Assembly: GCA_964016885.1 (NCBI GenBank)
Contig: OZ024742.1
Location: forward strand, 168,764,001-168,828,000
Reading direction: 5' to 3'
Origin: Eledone cirrhosa
Taxonomy: Eukaryota
DNA: 64,000 nucleotides
Position 1 is the stretch's first letter. Each line of letters begins with the position of its first letter. Positions 25,661 to 38,200 of the stretch are shown one piece after another. A program made the position numbers and the translations under genes. The notes below the pieces were generated by a model. The model did no database searches. It was not told where the DNA came from and worked only from the letters and a program-made list of their open reading frames with translations.

Positions 25661-26780
25661 AAAATATGTCCTTGGACGGCTGGATATTATCTACCCTTGG
25701 ACGGCTGGAAATTATCTCCCCTTGGACGGCTGGAAATTATCTCCCCTTGGACGGCTAGATATTATCTCCCCTTGGACGGCTGGAAATTATCTCCCCTTGA
25801 TTTTTTTTACAAATTATCTCCCCCTGATTTTTTTTACAAATCTAATGATTTTCAAAAAAAAATTATCTCCCCTTCGCTGGCTGGAAATTATCTCCCCTTG
25901 GACGCTGGAAATTATAGCCCCTTGGAGGGCTGGAAATTATCTTCCCTTGGACGGCTGGAAATTATCTCCCCTTGGCTCGAAATTATCTCCCCTTGGACGG
26001 CTAGAAATTATCTCTCTTTGGACGGCTGGAAATTATCTCCCTTTGATTTTTTTTACAAATTATCTCCCCCTGATTTTTTTTACAAATCTCCCCCTGATTT
26101 TTAAAAAAAAATTATCTCCCCTTCGCTGGCTGGAAATTATCTCCCCTTGGACACTGGAAATTATAGCCTCTTGGAGGGCTGGAAATTATCTTCCCTTGGA
26201 CGGCTGGAAATTATCTCTGCTTGATTTTTTTTACAAATTATCTCCCCCTGATTTTTTTTTACAAATTATCCCCCCCGATTTTTTTTACAAATTATCTCCC
26301 CCTGATTTTTTTTACAAATTATCTCCCCTTGGACGGCTGGAAATTATCTCCCCTTGGACGGCTGGAAATTATCTCCCCTTGGACGGCTAGAAGTTACCTC
26401 TCCTTGGACGACTGAAAATTATCTCCCCTTGGACGGCTGCAAATTATCTCCCCTTGATTTTTTTTACAAATTATCTCCGCCTGATTTTTTTTTTAAAATT
26501 ATCTCCCCTTGGACGGCTGGAAATTACCTCCCCTTGGACGGCTGGAAATTATCTCCTTGGACGGCTAGAAATTACCTCTCATTGGACGGCTGAAAATTAT
26601 CTCCCCTTGGACGGCTGGAAATTATCTCCCCTTGATTTTTTTTACAAATTATCTCCCCCTGATTTTTTTTTACAAATTATCTCCCCCTGATTTTTTTTTT
26701 ACAAATTATCTCCGCCTGATTTTTTTTTAAATTATCTCTCCTTGGACGGCTGGATATTATCTCCCCTTTCATTTTTTTTA
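25661..26780 (+). repeat. Divergent module, copy 1 of 4
   Basis: Carries variants absent elsewhere: AAATCTAATGATTTTCAAAAAAAAATT, CCTTCGCTGG, GACGCTGG/GACACTGG, ATTATAGCC, TTGGCTCGAAA, GAAGTTACC, CTCATTGG, CCCCTTTCATTT. Confidence 0.93.
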
Positions 26781-29700
26781 CAAATTATCTCCCCCTGATT
26801 TTTTTTTACAAATTATCTCCCCCTGATTTTTTTTTACAAATTATCTCCCCCTGATTTTTTTTTACAAATTATCTCCCCCTGATTTTTTTTTACAAATTAT
26901 CTACCCCTGATTTTTTTTTACAAATTATCTCCCCCTGATTTTTTTTACAAATTATCTCTCCCTGATTTTTTTTTACAAATTATCTCCCCCTGATTTTTTT
27001 TTACAAATTATCTACCCCTGATTTTTTTTTACAAATTATCTCCCCCTGATTTTTTTTACAAATTATCTCCCCCTGATTTTTTTACAAATTATCTCCCCCC
27101 GATTTTTTTTACAAATTATCTCCGCCTAATTTTTTTAAATATTATCTTCCCTTGGCTGGCGGGAAATTATCTCCCCTTGGACGGCTGAAAATTATCTCCC
27201 CTTGGACGGCTGGAAATTATCTCCCCTTGATTTTTTTACAAATTATCTCCCCCTGATTATTTTTTACAAATTATCTCCCCCTGATTTTTTTTTACAAATT
27301 ATCTCCCTCTGATTTTTTTTACAAATTATCTCCCCTTGGCTGGCTGGAAATTATCTCCCCTTGGAGGCTGGAATTTATCTCCCCTTGGACGGTTAGAAAT
27401 TACCTCTCCTTGGACTGCTGGAAAATATGTCTCCTTGGACGGCTGGAAATTATCTCCCCTTGGACGGCTGGAAATTATCTCCCCTTGGACGGCTGGAAAT
27501 TATCTCTCCTCGGACGACTAGAAATTACCTCTCCTTGGACAGCTGAAAATTATCTCCCCTTGGACGGCTGGAAATTATCTCCCCTTGATTTTTTTTACAA
27601 ATTATCTCCCCCTGATTTTTTTTACAAATTATCTCCCCCTGATTTTTTTTACAAATTATCTCCGCCTGATTTTTTTAAATATTATCTTCCCTTGGCTGGC
27701 GGGAAATTATCTCCCCTTGGACGGCTGAAAATTATCTCCCCTTGGACGGCTGGAAATTATCTCCCCTTGATTTTTTTTACAAATTATCTCCCCCTGATTA
27801 TTTTTTACAAATTATCTTTCCCTGATTTTTTTTTACAAATTATCTCCCCCTGATTTTTTTTACAAATTATCTCCCCCTGATTTTTTTACAAATTATCTCC
27901 CCTTGGCTGGCTGGAAATTATCTCCCCTTGGTGGCTGGAATTTATCTCCCCTTGGACGGCTGGAAATTATCTCTCCTTGGACGGCTAGTAATTACCTCTC
28001 CTTGGACGGCTGGAAAATATGTCTCGTTGGAGGGCTGGAAATTATCTCCCCTTGGACGGCTGGAAATTATCTCCCCTTGGACGGCTGGAAATTATCTCTC
28101 CTTGGACGGCTAGAAATTACCTCTCCTTGGACGGCTGAAAATTATCTCTCCTTGGACGGCTGGAAATTATCTCCCCTTGGACGGCTAGATATTACCTCCC
28201 CTTGGACGGCTGGAAATTATCTCCCCTTGATTTTTTTTACAAATTATCTCCCCCTGATTTTTTTTACAAATTATCTACACCTGATTTTTTTACAAATTAT
28301 CTCCCCCTGATTTTTTTTACAAATTATCTCCGCCTAATTTTTTTAAATATTATCTTCCCTTGGCTGGCGGGAAATTATCTCCCCTTGGACGGCTGAAAAT
28401 TATCTCCCCTTGGACGGCTGGAAATTATCTCCCCTTGATTTTTTTTACAAATTATCTCCCCCTGATTTTTTTTTACAAATTATCTCCCCCTGATTTTTTT
28501 TTACAAATTATCTCCCCCTGATTTTTTTTTACAAATTATCTCCCCCTGATTTTTTTTACAAATTATCTCCCCCTGATATTTTTTACAAATTATCTCCCCC
28601 TGATTTTTTTACAAATTATCTCCCCTTGGCTGGCTGGAAATTATCTCCCCTTGGAGGCTGGAATTTATCTCCCCTTGGACGGCTAGAAATTACCTCGCCT
28701 TGGACGGCTGGAAAATATGTCTCCTTGGACGGCTGGAAATTATCTCCCCTTGGACGGCTGGAAATTATCTCCCCTTGGACGGCTGGATATTATCTACCCT
28801 TGGACGGCTAGATATTACCTCCCCTTTGACGGCTGGAAATTATCTCCCCTTGATTTTTTTTACAAATTATCTCCCCCTGATTTTTTTTTACAAATTATCT
28901 CCCCCTGATTTTTTTTTACAAATTATCTACCCCTGATTTTTTTTTACAAATTATCTCCCCCTGATTTTTTTTACAAATTATCTCTCCCGGATTTTTTTTT
29001 ACAAATTATCTCCCCCTGATTTTTTTTTACAAACTATCTACCCCTGATTTTTTTTTACAAATTATCTCCCCCTGATTTTTTTTACAAATTATCTCCCCCT
29101 GATTTTTTTACAAATTATCTCCCCCCGATTTTTTTTACAAATTATCTCCGCCTAATTTTTTTAAATATTATCTTCCCTTGGCTGGCGGGAAATTATCTCC
29201 CCTTGGACGGCTGAAAATTATCTCCCCTTGGACGGCTGGAAATTATCTCCCCTTGATTTTTTTACAAATTATCTCCCCCTGATTATTTTTTACAAATTAT
29301 CTCCCCCTGATTTTTTTTTACAAATTATCTCCCTCTGATTTTTTTACAAATTATCTCCCCTTGGCTGGCTGGAAATTATCTCCCCTTGGAGGCTGGAATT
29401 TATCTCCCCTTGGACGGTTAGAAATTACCTCTCCTTGGACTGCTGGAAAATATGTCTCCTTGGACGGCTGGAAATTATCTCCCCTTGGACGGCTGGAAAT
29501 TATCTCCCCTTGGACGGCTGGAAATTATCTCTCCTCGGACGACTAGAAATTACCTCTCCTTGGACAGCTGAAAATTATCTCCCCTTGGACGGCTGGAAAT
29601 TATCTCCCCTTGATTTTTTTTACAAATTATCTCCCCCTGATTTTTTTTTACAAATTATCTCCCCCTGATTTTTTTTTACAAATTATCTCCCCCTGATTTT

Positions 29701-32700
29701 TTTTACAAATTATCTCCCCCTGATATTTTTTACAAATTATCTCCCCCTGATTTTTTTACAAATTATCTCCCCTTGGCTGGCTGGAAATTATCTCCCCTTG
29801 GAGGCTGGAATTTATCTCCCCTTGGACGGCTAGAAATTACCTCGCCTTGGACGGCTGGAAAATATGTCTCCTTGGACGGCTGGAAATTATCTCCCCTTGG
29901 ACGGCTGGAAATTATCTCCCCTTGGACGGCTAGATATTACCTCCCCTTGGACGGCTGGAAATTATCTCCCCTTGATTTTTTTTACAAATTATCTCCCCCT
30001 GATTTTTTTTTACAAATTATCTCCCCCTGATTTTTTTTTACAAATTATCTACCCCTGATTTTTTTTTACAAATTATCTCCCCCTGATTTTTTTTACAAAT
30101 TATCTCTCCCTGATTTTTTTTTACAAATTATCTCCCCCTGATTTTTTTTTACAAATTATCTACCCCTGATTTTTTTTTACAAATTATCTCCCCCTGATTT
30201 TTTTTACAAATTATCTCCCCCTGATTTTTTTTACAAATTATCTCCCCCTGATTTTTTTACAAATTATCTCCCCCCGATTTTTTTTACAAATTATCTCCGC
30301 CTAATTTTTTTAAATATTATCTTCCCTTGGCTGGCGGGAAATTATCTCCCCTTGGACGGCTGAAAATTATCTCCCCTTGGACGGCTGGAAATTATCTCCC
30401 CTTGATTTTTTTACAAATTATCTCCCCCTGATTATTTTTTACAAATTATCTCCCCCTGATTTTTTTTTACAAATTATCTCCCTCTGATTTTTTTTACAAA
30501 TTATCTCCCCTTGGCTGGCTGGAAATTATCTCCCCTTGGAGGCTGGAATTTATCTCCCCTTGGACGGTTAGAAATTACCTCTCCTTGGACTGCTGGAAAA
30601 TATGTCTCCTTGGACGGCTGGAAATTATCTCCCCTGGGACGGCTGGAAATTATCTCCCCTTGGACGGCTGGAAATTATCTCTCCTCGGACGACTAGAAAT
30701 TACCTCTCCTTGGACAGCTGAAAATTATCTCCCCTTGGACGGCTGGAAATTATCTCCCCTTGATTTTTTTTACAAATTATCTCCCCCTGATTTTTTTTTA
30801 CAAATTATCTCCCCCTGATTTTATTTTACAAATTATCTCCCCCTGATTTTTTTTACAAATTATCTCCCCCTGATATTTTTTACAAATTATCTCCCCCTGA
30901 TTTTTTTACAAATTATCTCCCCTTGGCTGGCTGGAAATTATCTCCCCTTGGAGGCTGGAATTTATCTCCCCTTGGACGGCTAGAAATTACCTCGCCTTGG
31001 ACGGCTGGAAAATATGTCTCCTTGGACGGCTGGAAATTATCTCCCCTTGGACGGCTGGAAATTATCTCCCCTTGGACGGCTGGAAATTATCTCCCCTTGG
31101 ACGGCTAGATATTACCTCCCCTTGGACGGCTGGAAATTATCTCCCCTTGATTTTTTTTACAAATTATCTCCCCCTGATTTTTTTTTACAAATTATCTCCC
31201 TGATTTTTTTTTACGAATTATCTCCCCCTGATTTTTTTTTACAAATTATCTCCGCCTGATTTTTTTTTAAAAATTATCTCCCCTTGAACGGCTGGAAATT
31301 ATCTCCCCTTGGACGGCTGGAAATTATCTCCCCTTGGACGGCTAGAAATTACCTCTCCTTGGACGGCTGAAAATTATCTCCCCTTGGACGGCTGCAAATT
31401 ATCTCCCCTTGATTTTTTAACAAATTATCTCCCCCTGATTTTTTTTTACAAATTATCTCCCCCTGATTTTTTTTTACAAATTATCTACGCCTAAGTTTTT
31501 TTACAAATTATCTCCCCCTGATTTTTTTTTACAAATTATTTCCCCCTGATTTTTTTACAAATTATCTCCCCCCTGATTTTTTTTACAATCTCCGCCTGAT
31601 TTTTTAAAAAATTATCTTCCCTTGGCTGGCGAGAAATTATCTCCCCTTGGACGGCTGGAAATTATATCCCCTTGGACGGCTGGAAATTACCTCCCCTTGG
31701 ACAGCTGGAAATTATCTGCCCTTGATTTTGTTTTTACAAATTATCTCCCCCTGATTTTTTTACAAATTATCTCCACCTGATTTTTTAAAAAATTATCTCC
31801 CCTTGGACGGCTGGAAATTATCTCCCCTTGATTTTTTTACAAATTATCTCCCCCTGATTTTTTTTACAATTTATCTACCCCTGATTTTTTTTTTACAAAT
31901 TATCTCCCCCTGATTTTTTTACAAATTATCTCCCCCTGATTTTTTTTACAAATTATCTCCGCCTGATTTTTTTAAATATTATCTTCCCTTGGCTGGCGGG
32001 AAATTATCTCCCCTTGGACGGCTGAAAATTATCTCCCCTTGGACGGCTGGAAATTATCTCCCCTTGATTTTTTTTACAAATTATCTCCCCCTGATTTTTT
32101 TTTACAAATTATCTCCCCCTGATTTTTTTTTACAAATTATCTGCCCCTGATTTTTTTTACAAATTATCTCCCCCTGATTTTTTTACAAATTATCTCCCCT
32201 TGGCTGGCTGGAAATTATCTCCCCTTGGAGGCTGGAATTTTATCTCCCCTTGGACGGCTAGAAATTACCTCTCCTTGGACGGCTGGAAAATATTTCTCCT
32301 TGGACGGCTGGATATTATCTACCCTTGGACGGGTGGAAATTATCTCCCCTTGGACGGCTGGAAATTATCTCCCCTTGGACGGCTAGATATTACCTCCCCT
32401 TGGACGGCTGGAAATTATCTCCCCTTGATTTTTTTTACAAATTATCTCCCCCTGATTTTTTTTTTACAAATTATCTCCCCCTGATTTTTTTACAAATTAT
32501 CTCCCCCTGATTTTTTTTACAAATTATCTCCGCCTGATTTTTTTAAATATTATCTTCCCTTGGCTGGCGGGAAATTATCTCCCCTTGGACGGCTGAAAAT
32601 TATCTCCCCTTGGACGGCTGGAAATTATCTCCCCTTGATTTGTTTTACAAATTATCTCCCCCTGATTATTTTTTACAAATTATCTTTCCCTGATTTTTTT

Positions 32701-35700
32701 TTACAAATTATCTCCCCCTGATTTTTTTTACAAATTATCTCCCCCTGATTTTTTTACAAATTATCTCCCCTTGGCTGGCTGGAAATTATCTCCCCTTGGT
32801 GGCTGGAATTTATCTCCCCTTGGACGGCTGGAAATTATCTCTCCTTGGACGGCTAGTAATTACCTCTCCTTGGACGGCTGGAAAATATGTCTCGTTGGAG
32901 GGCTGGAAATTATCTCCCCTTGGACGGCTGGAAATTATCTCCCCTTGGACGGCTGGAAATTATCTCTCCTTGGACGGCTAGAAATTACCTCTCCTTGGAC
33001 GGCTGAAAATTATCTCTCCTTGGACGGCTGGAAATTATCTCCCCTTGGACGGCTAGATATTACCTCCCCTTGGACGGCTGGAAATTATCTCCCCTTGATT
33101 TTTTTTACAAATTATCTCCCCCTGATTTTTTTTACAAATTATCTACACCTGATTTTTTTACAAATTATCTCCCCCTGATTTTTTTTACAAATTATCTCCG
33201 CCTAATTTTTTTAAATATTATCTTCCCTTGGCTGGCGGGAAATTATCTCCCCTTGGACGGCTGAAAATTATCTCCCCTTGGACGGCTGGAAATTATCTCC
33301 CCTTGATTTTTTTACAAATTATCTCCCCCTGATTATTTTTTACAAATTATCTCCCCCTGATTTTTTTTTACAAATTATCTCCCTCTGATTTTTTTACAAA
33401 TTATCTCCTCTTGGCTGGCTGGAAATTATCTCCCCTTGGAGGCTGGAATTTATCTCCCCTTGGACGGTTAGAAATTACCTCTCCTTGGACTGCTGGAAAA
33501 TATGTCTCCTTGGACGGCTGGAAATTATCTCCCCTTGGACGGCTGGAAATTATCTCCCCTTGGACGGCTGGAAATTATCTCTCCTCGGACGACTAGAAAT
33601 TACCTCTCCTTGGACAGCTGAAAATTATCTCCCCTTGGACGGCTGGAAATTATCTCCCCTTGATTTTTTTTACAAATTATCTCCCCCTGATTTTTTTTTA
33701 CAAATTATCTCCCCCTGATTTTTTTTTACAAATTATCTCCCCCTGATTTTTTTTACAAATTATCTCCCCCTGATATTTTTACAAATTATCTCCCCCTGAT
33801 TTTTTTACAAATTATCTCCCCTTGGCTGGCTGGAAATTATCTCCCCTTGGAGGCTGGAATTTATCTCCCCTTGGACGGCTAGAAATTACCTCGCCTTGGA
33901 CGGCTGGAAAATATGTCTCCTTGGACGGCTGGAAATTATCTCCCCTTGGACGGCTGGAAATTATCTCCCCTTGGACGGCTAGATATTACCTCCCCTTGGA
34001 CGGCTGGAAATTATCTCCCCTTGATTTTTTTTACAAATTATCTCCCCCTGATTTTTTTTTACAAATTATCTCCCCCTGATTTTTTTTTACAAATTATCTA
34101 CCCCTGATTTTTTTTTACAAATTATCTCCCCCTGATTTTTTTTACAAATTATCTCTCCCTGATTTTTTTTTACAAATTATCTCCCCCTGATTTTTTTTTA
34201 CAAATTATCTACCCCTGATTTTTTTTTACAAATTATCTCCCCCTGATTTTTTTTACAAATTATCTCCCCCTGATTTTTTTTACAAATTATCTCCCCCTGA
34301 TTTTTTTACAAATTATCTCCCCCCGATTTTTTTTACAAATTATCTCCGCCTAATTTTTTTAAATATTATCTTCCCTTGGCTGGCGGGAAATTATCTCCCC
34401 TTGGACGGCTGAAAATTATCTCCCCTTGGACGGCTGGAAATTATCTCCCCTTGATTTTTTTACAAATTATCTCCCCTTGGCTGGCTGGAAATTATCTCCC
34501 CTTGGAGGCTGGAATTTATCTCCCCTTGGACGGCTAGAAATTACCTCGCCTTGGACGGCTGGAAAATATGTCTCCTTGGACGGCTGGAAATTATCTCCCC
34601 TTGGACGGCTGGAAATTATCTCCCCTTGGACGGCTGGAAATTATCTCCCCTTGGACGGCTAGATATTACCTCCCCTTGGACGGCTGGAAATTATCTCCCC
34701 TTGATTTTTTTTACAAATTATCTCCCCCTGATTTTTTTTTACAAATTATCTCCCTGATTTTTTTTTACGAATTATCTCCCCCTGATTTTTTTTTACAAAT
34801 TATCTCCGCCTGATTTTTTTTTAAAAATTATCTCCCCTTGAACGGCTGGAAATTATCTCCCCTTGGACGGCTGGAAATTATCTCCCCTTGGACGGCTAGA
34901 AATTACCTCTCCTTGGACGGCTGAAAATTATCTCCCCTTGGACGGCTGCAAATTATCTCCCCTTGATTTTTTAACAAATTATCTCCCCCTGATTTTTTTT
35001 TACAAATTATCTCCCCCTGATTTTTTTTTACAAATTATCTACGCCTAAGTTTTTTTACAAATTATCTCCCCCTGATTTTTTTTTACAAATTATTTCCCCC
35101 TGATTTTTTTACAAATTATCTCCCCCCTGATTTTTTTTACAATCTCCGCCTGATTTTTTAAAAAATTATCTTCCCTTGGCTGGCGAGAAATTATCTCCCC
35201 TTGGACGGCTGGAAATTATATCCCTTTGGACGGCTGGAAATTACCTCCCCTTGGACAGCTGGAAATTATCTGCCCTTGATTTTGTTTTTACAAATTATCT
35301 CCCCCTGATTTTTTTACAAATTATCTCCACCTGATTTTTTAAAAAATTATCTCCCCTTGGACGGCTGGAAATTATCTCCCCTTGATTTTTTTACAAATTA
35401 TCTCCCCCTGATTTTTTTTACAATTTATCTACCCCTGATTTTTTTTTTACAAATTATCTCCCCCTGATTTTTTTACAAATTATCTCCCCCTGATTTTTTT
35501 TACAAATTATCTCCGCCTGATTTTTTTAAATATTATCTTCCCTTGGCTGGCGGGAAATTATCTCCCCTTGGACGGCTGAAAATTATCTCCCCTTGGACGG
35601 CTGGAAATTATCTCCCCTTGATTTTTTTTACAAATTATCTCCCCCTGATTTTTTTTTACAAATTATCTCCCCCTGATTTTTTTTTACAAATTATCTGCCC

Positions 35701-37080
35701 CTGATTTTTTTTACAAATTATCTCCCCCTGATTTTTTTACAAATTATCTCCCCTTGGCTGGCTGGAAATTATCTCCCCTTGGAGGCTGGAATTTTATCTC
35801 CCCTTGGACGGCTAGAAATTACCTCTCCTTGGACGGCTGGAAAATATTTCTCCTTGGACGGCTGGATATTATCTACCCTTGGACGGGTGGAAATTATCTC
35901 CCCTTGGACGGCTGGAAATTATCTCCCCTTGGACGGCTAGATATTACCTCCCCTTGGACGGCTGGAAATTATCTCCCCTTGATTTTTTTTACAAATTATC
36001 TCCCCCTGATTTTTTTTTTACAAATTATCTCCCCCTGATTTTTTTACAAATTATCTCCCCCTGATTTTTTTTACAAATTATCTCCGCCTGATTTTTTTAA
36101 ATATTATCTTCCCTTGGCTGGCGGGAAATTATCTCCCCTTGGACGGCTGAAAATTATCTCCCCTTGGACGGCTGGAAATTATCTCCCCTTGATTTTTTTT
36201 ACAAATTATCTCCCCCTGATTATTTTTTACAAATTATCTTTCCCTGATTTTTTTTTACAAATTATCTCCCCCTGATTTTTTTTACAAATTATCTCCCCCT
36301 GATTTTTTTACAAATTATCTCCCCTTGGCTGGCTGGAAATTATCTCCCCTTGGTGGCTGGAATTTATCTCCCCTTGGACGGCTGGAAATTATCTCTCCTT
36401 GGACGGCTAGTAATTACCTCTCCTTGGACGGCTGGAAAATATGTCTCGTTGGAGGGCTGGAAATTATCTCCCCTTGGACGGCTGGAAATTATCTCCCCTT
36501 GGACGGCTGGAAATTATCTCTCCTTGGACGGCTAGAAATTACCTCTCCTTGGACGGCTGAAAATTATCTCTCCTTGGACGGCTGGAAATTATCTCCCCTT
36601 GGACGGCTAGATATTACCTCCCCTTGGACGGCTGGAAATTATCTCCCCTTGATTTTTTTTACAAATTATCTCCCCCTGATTTTTTTTACAAATTATCTAC
36701 ACCTGATTTTTTTACAAATTATCTCCCCCTGATTTTTTTTACAAATTATCTCCGCCTAATTTTTTTAAATATTATCTTCCCTTGGCTGGCGGGAAATTAT
36801 CTCCCCTTGGACGGCTGAAAATTATCTCCCCTTGGACGGCTGGAAATTATCTCCCCTTGATTTTTTTTACAAATTATCTCCCCCTGATTTTTTTTTACAA
36901 ATTATATCCCCCTTATTTTTTTTTACAAATTATCTCCCCCTGATTTTTTTTTACAAATTATCTCCCCCTGATTTTTTTTACAAATTATCTCCCCTTGGCT
37001 GGCTGGAAATTATCTCCCCTTGGAGGCTGGAATTTATCTCCCCTTGGACGGCTAGAAATTACCTCTCCTTGGACGGCTGG

Positions 37081-38200
37081 AAAATATGTCCTTGGACGGC
37101 TGGATATTATCTACCCTTGGACGGCTGGAAATTATCTCCCCTTGGACGGCTGGAAATTATCTCCCCTTGGACGGCTAGATATTATCTCCCCTTGGACGGC
37201 TGGAAATTATCTCCCCTTGATTTTTTTTACAAATTATCTCCCCCTGATTTTTTTTACAAATCTAATGATTTTCAAAAAAAAATTATCTCCCCTTCGCTGG
37301 CTGGAAATTATCTCCCCTTGGACGCTGGAAATTATAGCCCCTTGGAGGGCTGGAAATTATCTTCCCTTGGACGGCTGGAAATTATCTCCCCTTGGCTCGA
37401 AATTATCTCCCCTTGGACGGCTAGAAATTATCTCTCTTTGGACGGCTGGAAATTATCTCCCTTTGATTTTTTTTACAAATTATCTCCCCCTGATTTTTTT
37501 TACAAATCTCCCCCTGATTTTTAAAAAAAAATTATCTCCCCTTCGCTGGCTGGAAATTATCTCCCCTTGGACACTGGAAATTATAGCCTCTTGGAGGGCT
37601 GGAAATTATCTTCCCTTGGACGGCTGGAAATTATCTCTGCTTGATTTTTTTTACAAATTATCTCCCCCTGATTTTTTTTTACAAATTATCCCCCCCGATT
37701 TTTTTTACAAATTATCTCCCCCTGATTTTTTTTACAAATTATCTCCCCTTGGACGGCTGGAAATTATCTCCCCTTGGACGGCTGGAAATTATCTCCCCTT
37801 GGACGGCTAGAAGTTACCTCTCCTTGGACGACTGAAAATTATCTCCCCTTGGACGGCTGCAAATTATCTCCCCTTGATTTTTTTTACAAATTATCTCCGC
37901 CTGATTTTTTTTTTAAAATTATCTCCCCTTGGACGGCTGGAAATTACCTCCCCTTGGACGGCTGGAAATTATCTCCTTGGACGGCTAGAAATTACCTCTC
38001 ATTGGACGGCTGAAAATTATCTCCCCTTGGACGGCTGGAAATTATCTCCCCTTGATTTTTTTTACAAATTATCTCCCCCTGATTTTTTTTTACAAATTAT
38101 CTCCCCCTGATTTTTTTTTTACAAATTATCTCCGCCTGATTTTTTTTTAAATTATCTCTCCTTGGACGGCTGGATATTATCTCCCCTTTCATTTTTTTTA
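37081..38200 (+). repeat. Divergent module, copy 2 of 4
   Basis: TCTAATGATTTTC at 37,261 (= 25,841 + 11,420). The 230- and 271-aa spurious translations are identical to those of copy 1. Confidence 0.93.

Noticed and set aside
25412-26390. Longest ORFs (230 and 271 aa; also at 36.8 and 61.2 kb)
   Set aside because: Two overlapping frames made of the same repeat peptides. The homologous copy at 57.2 kb is frameshifted by a 25-bp monomer gain. No recognisable domain.
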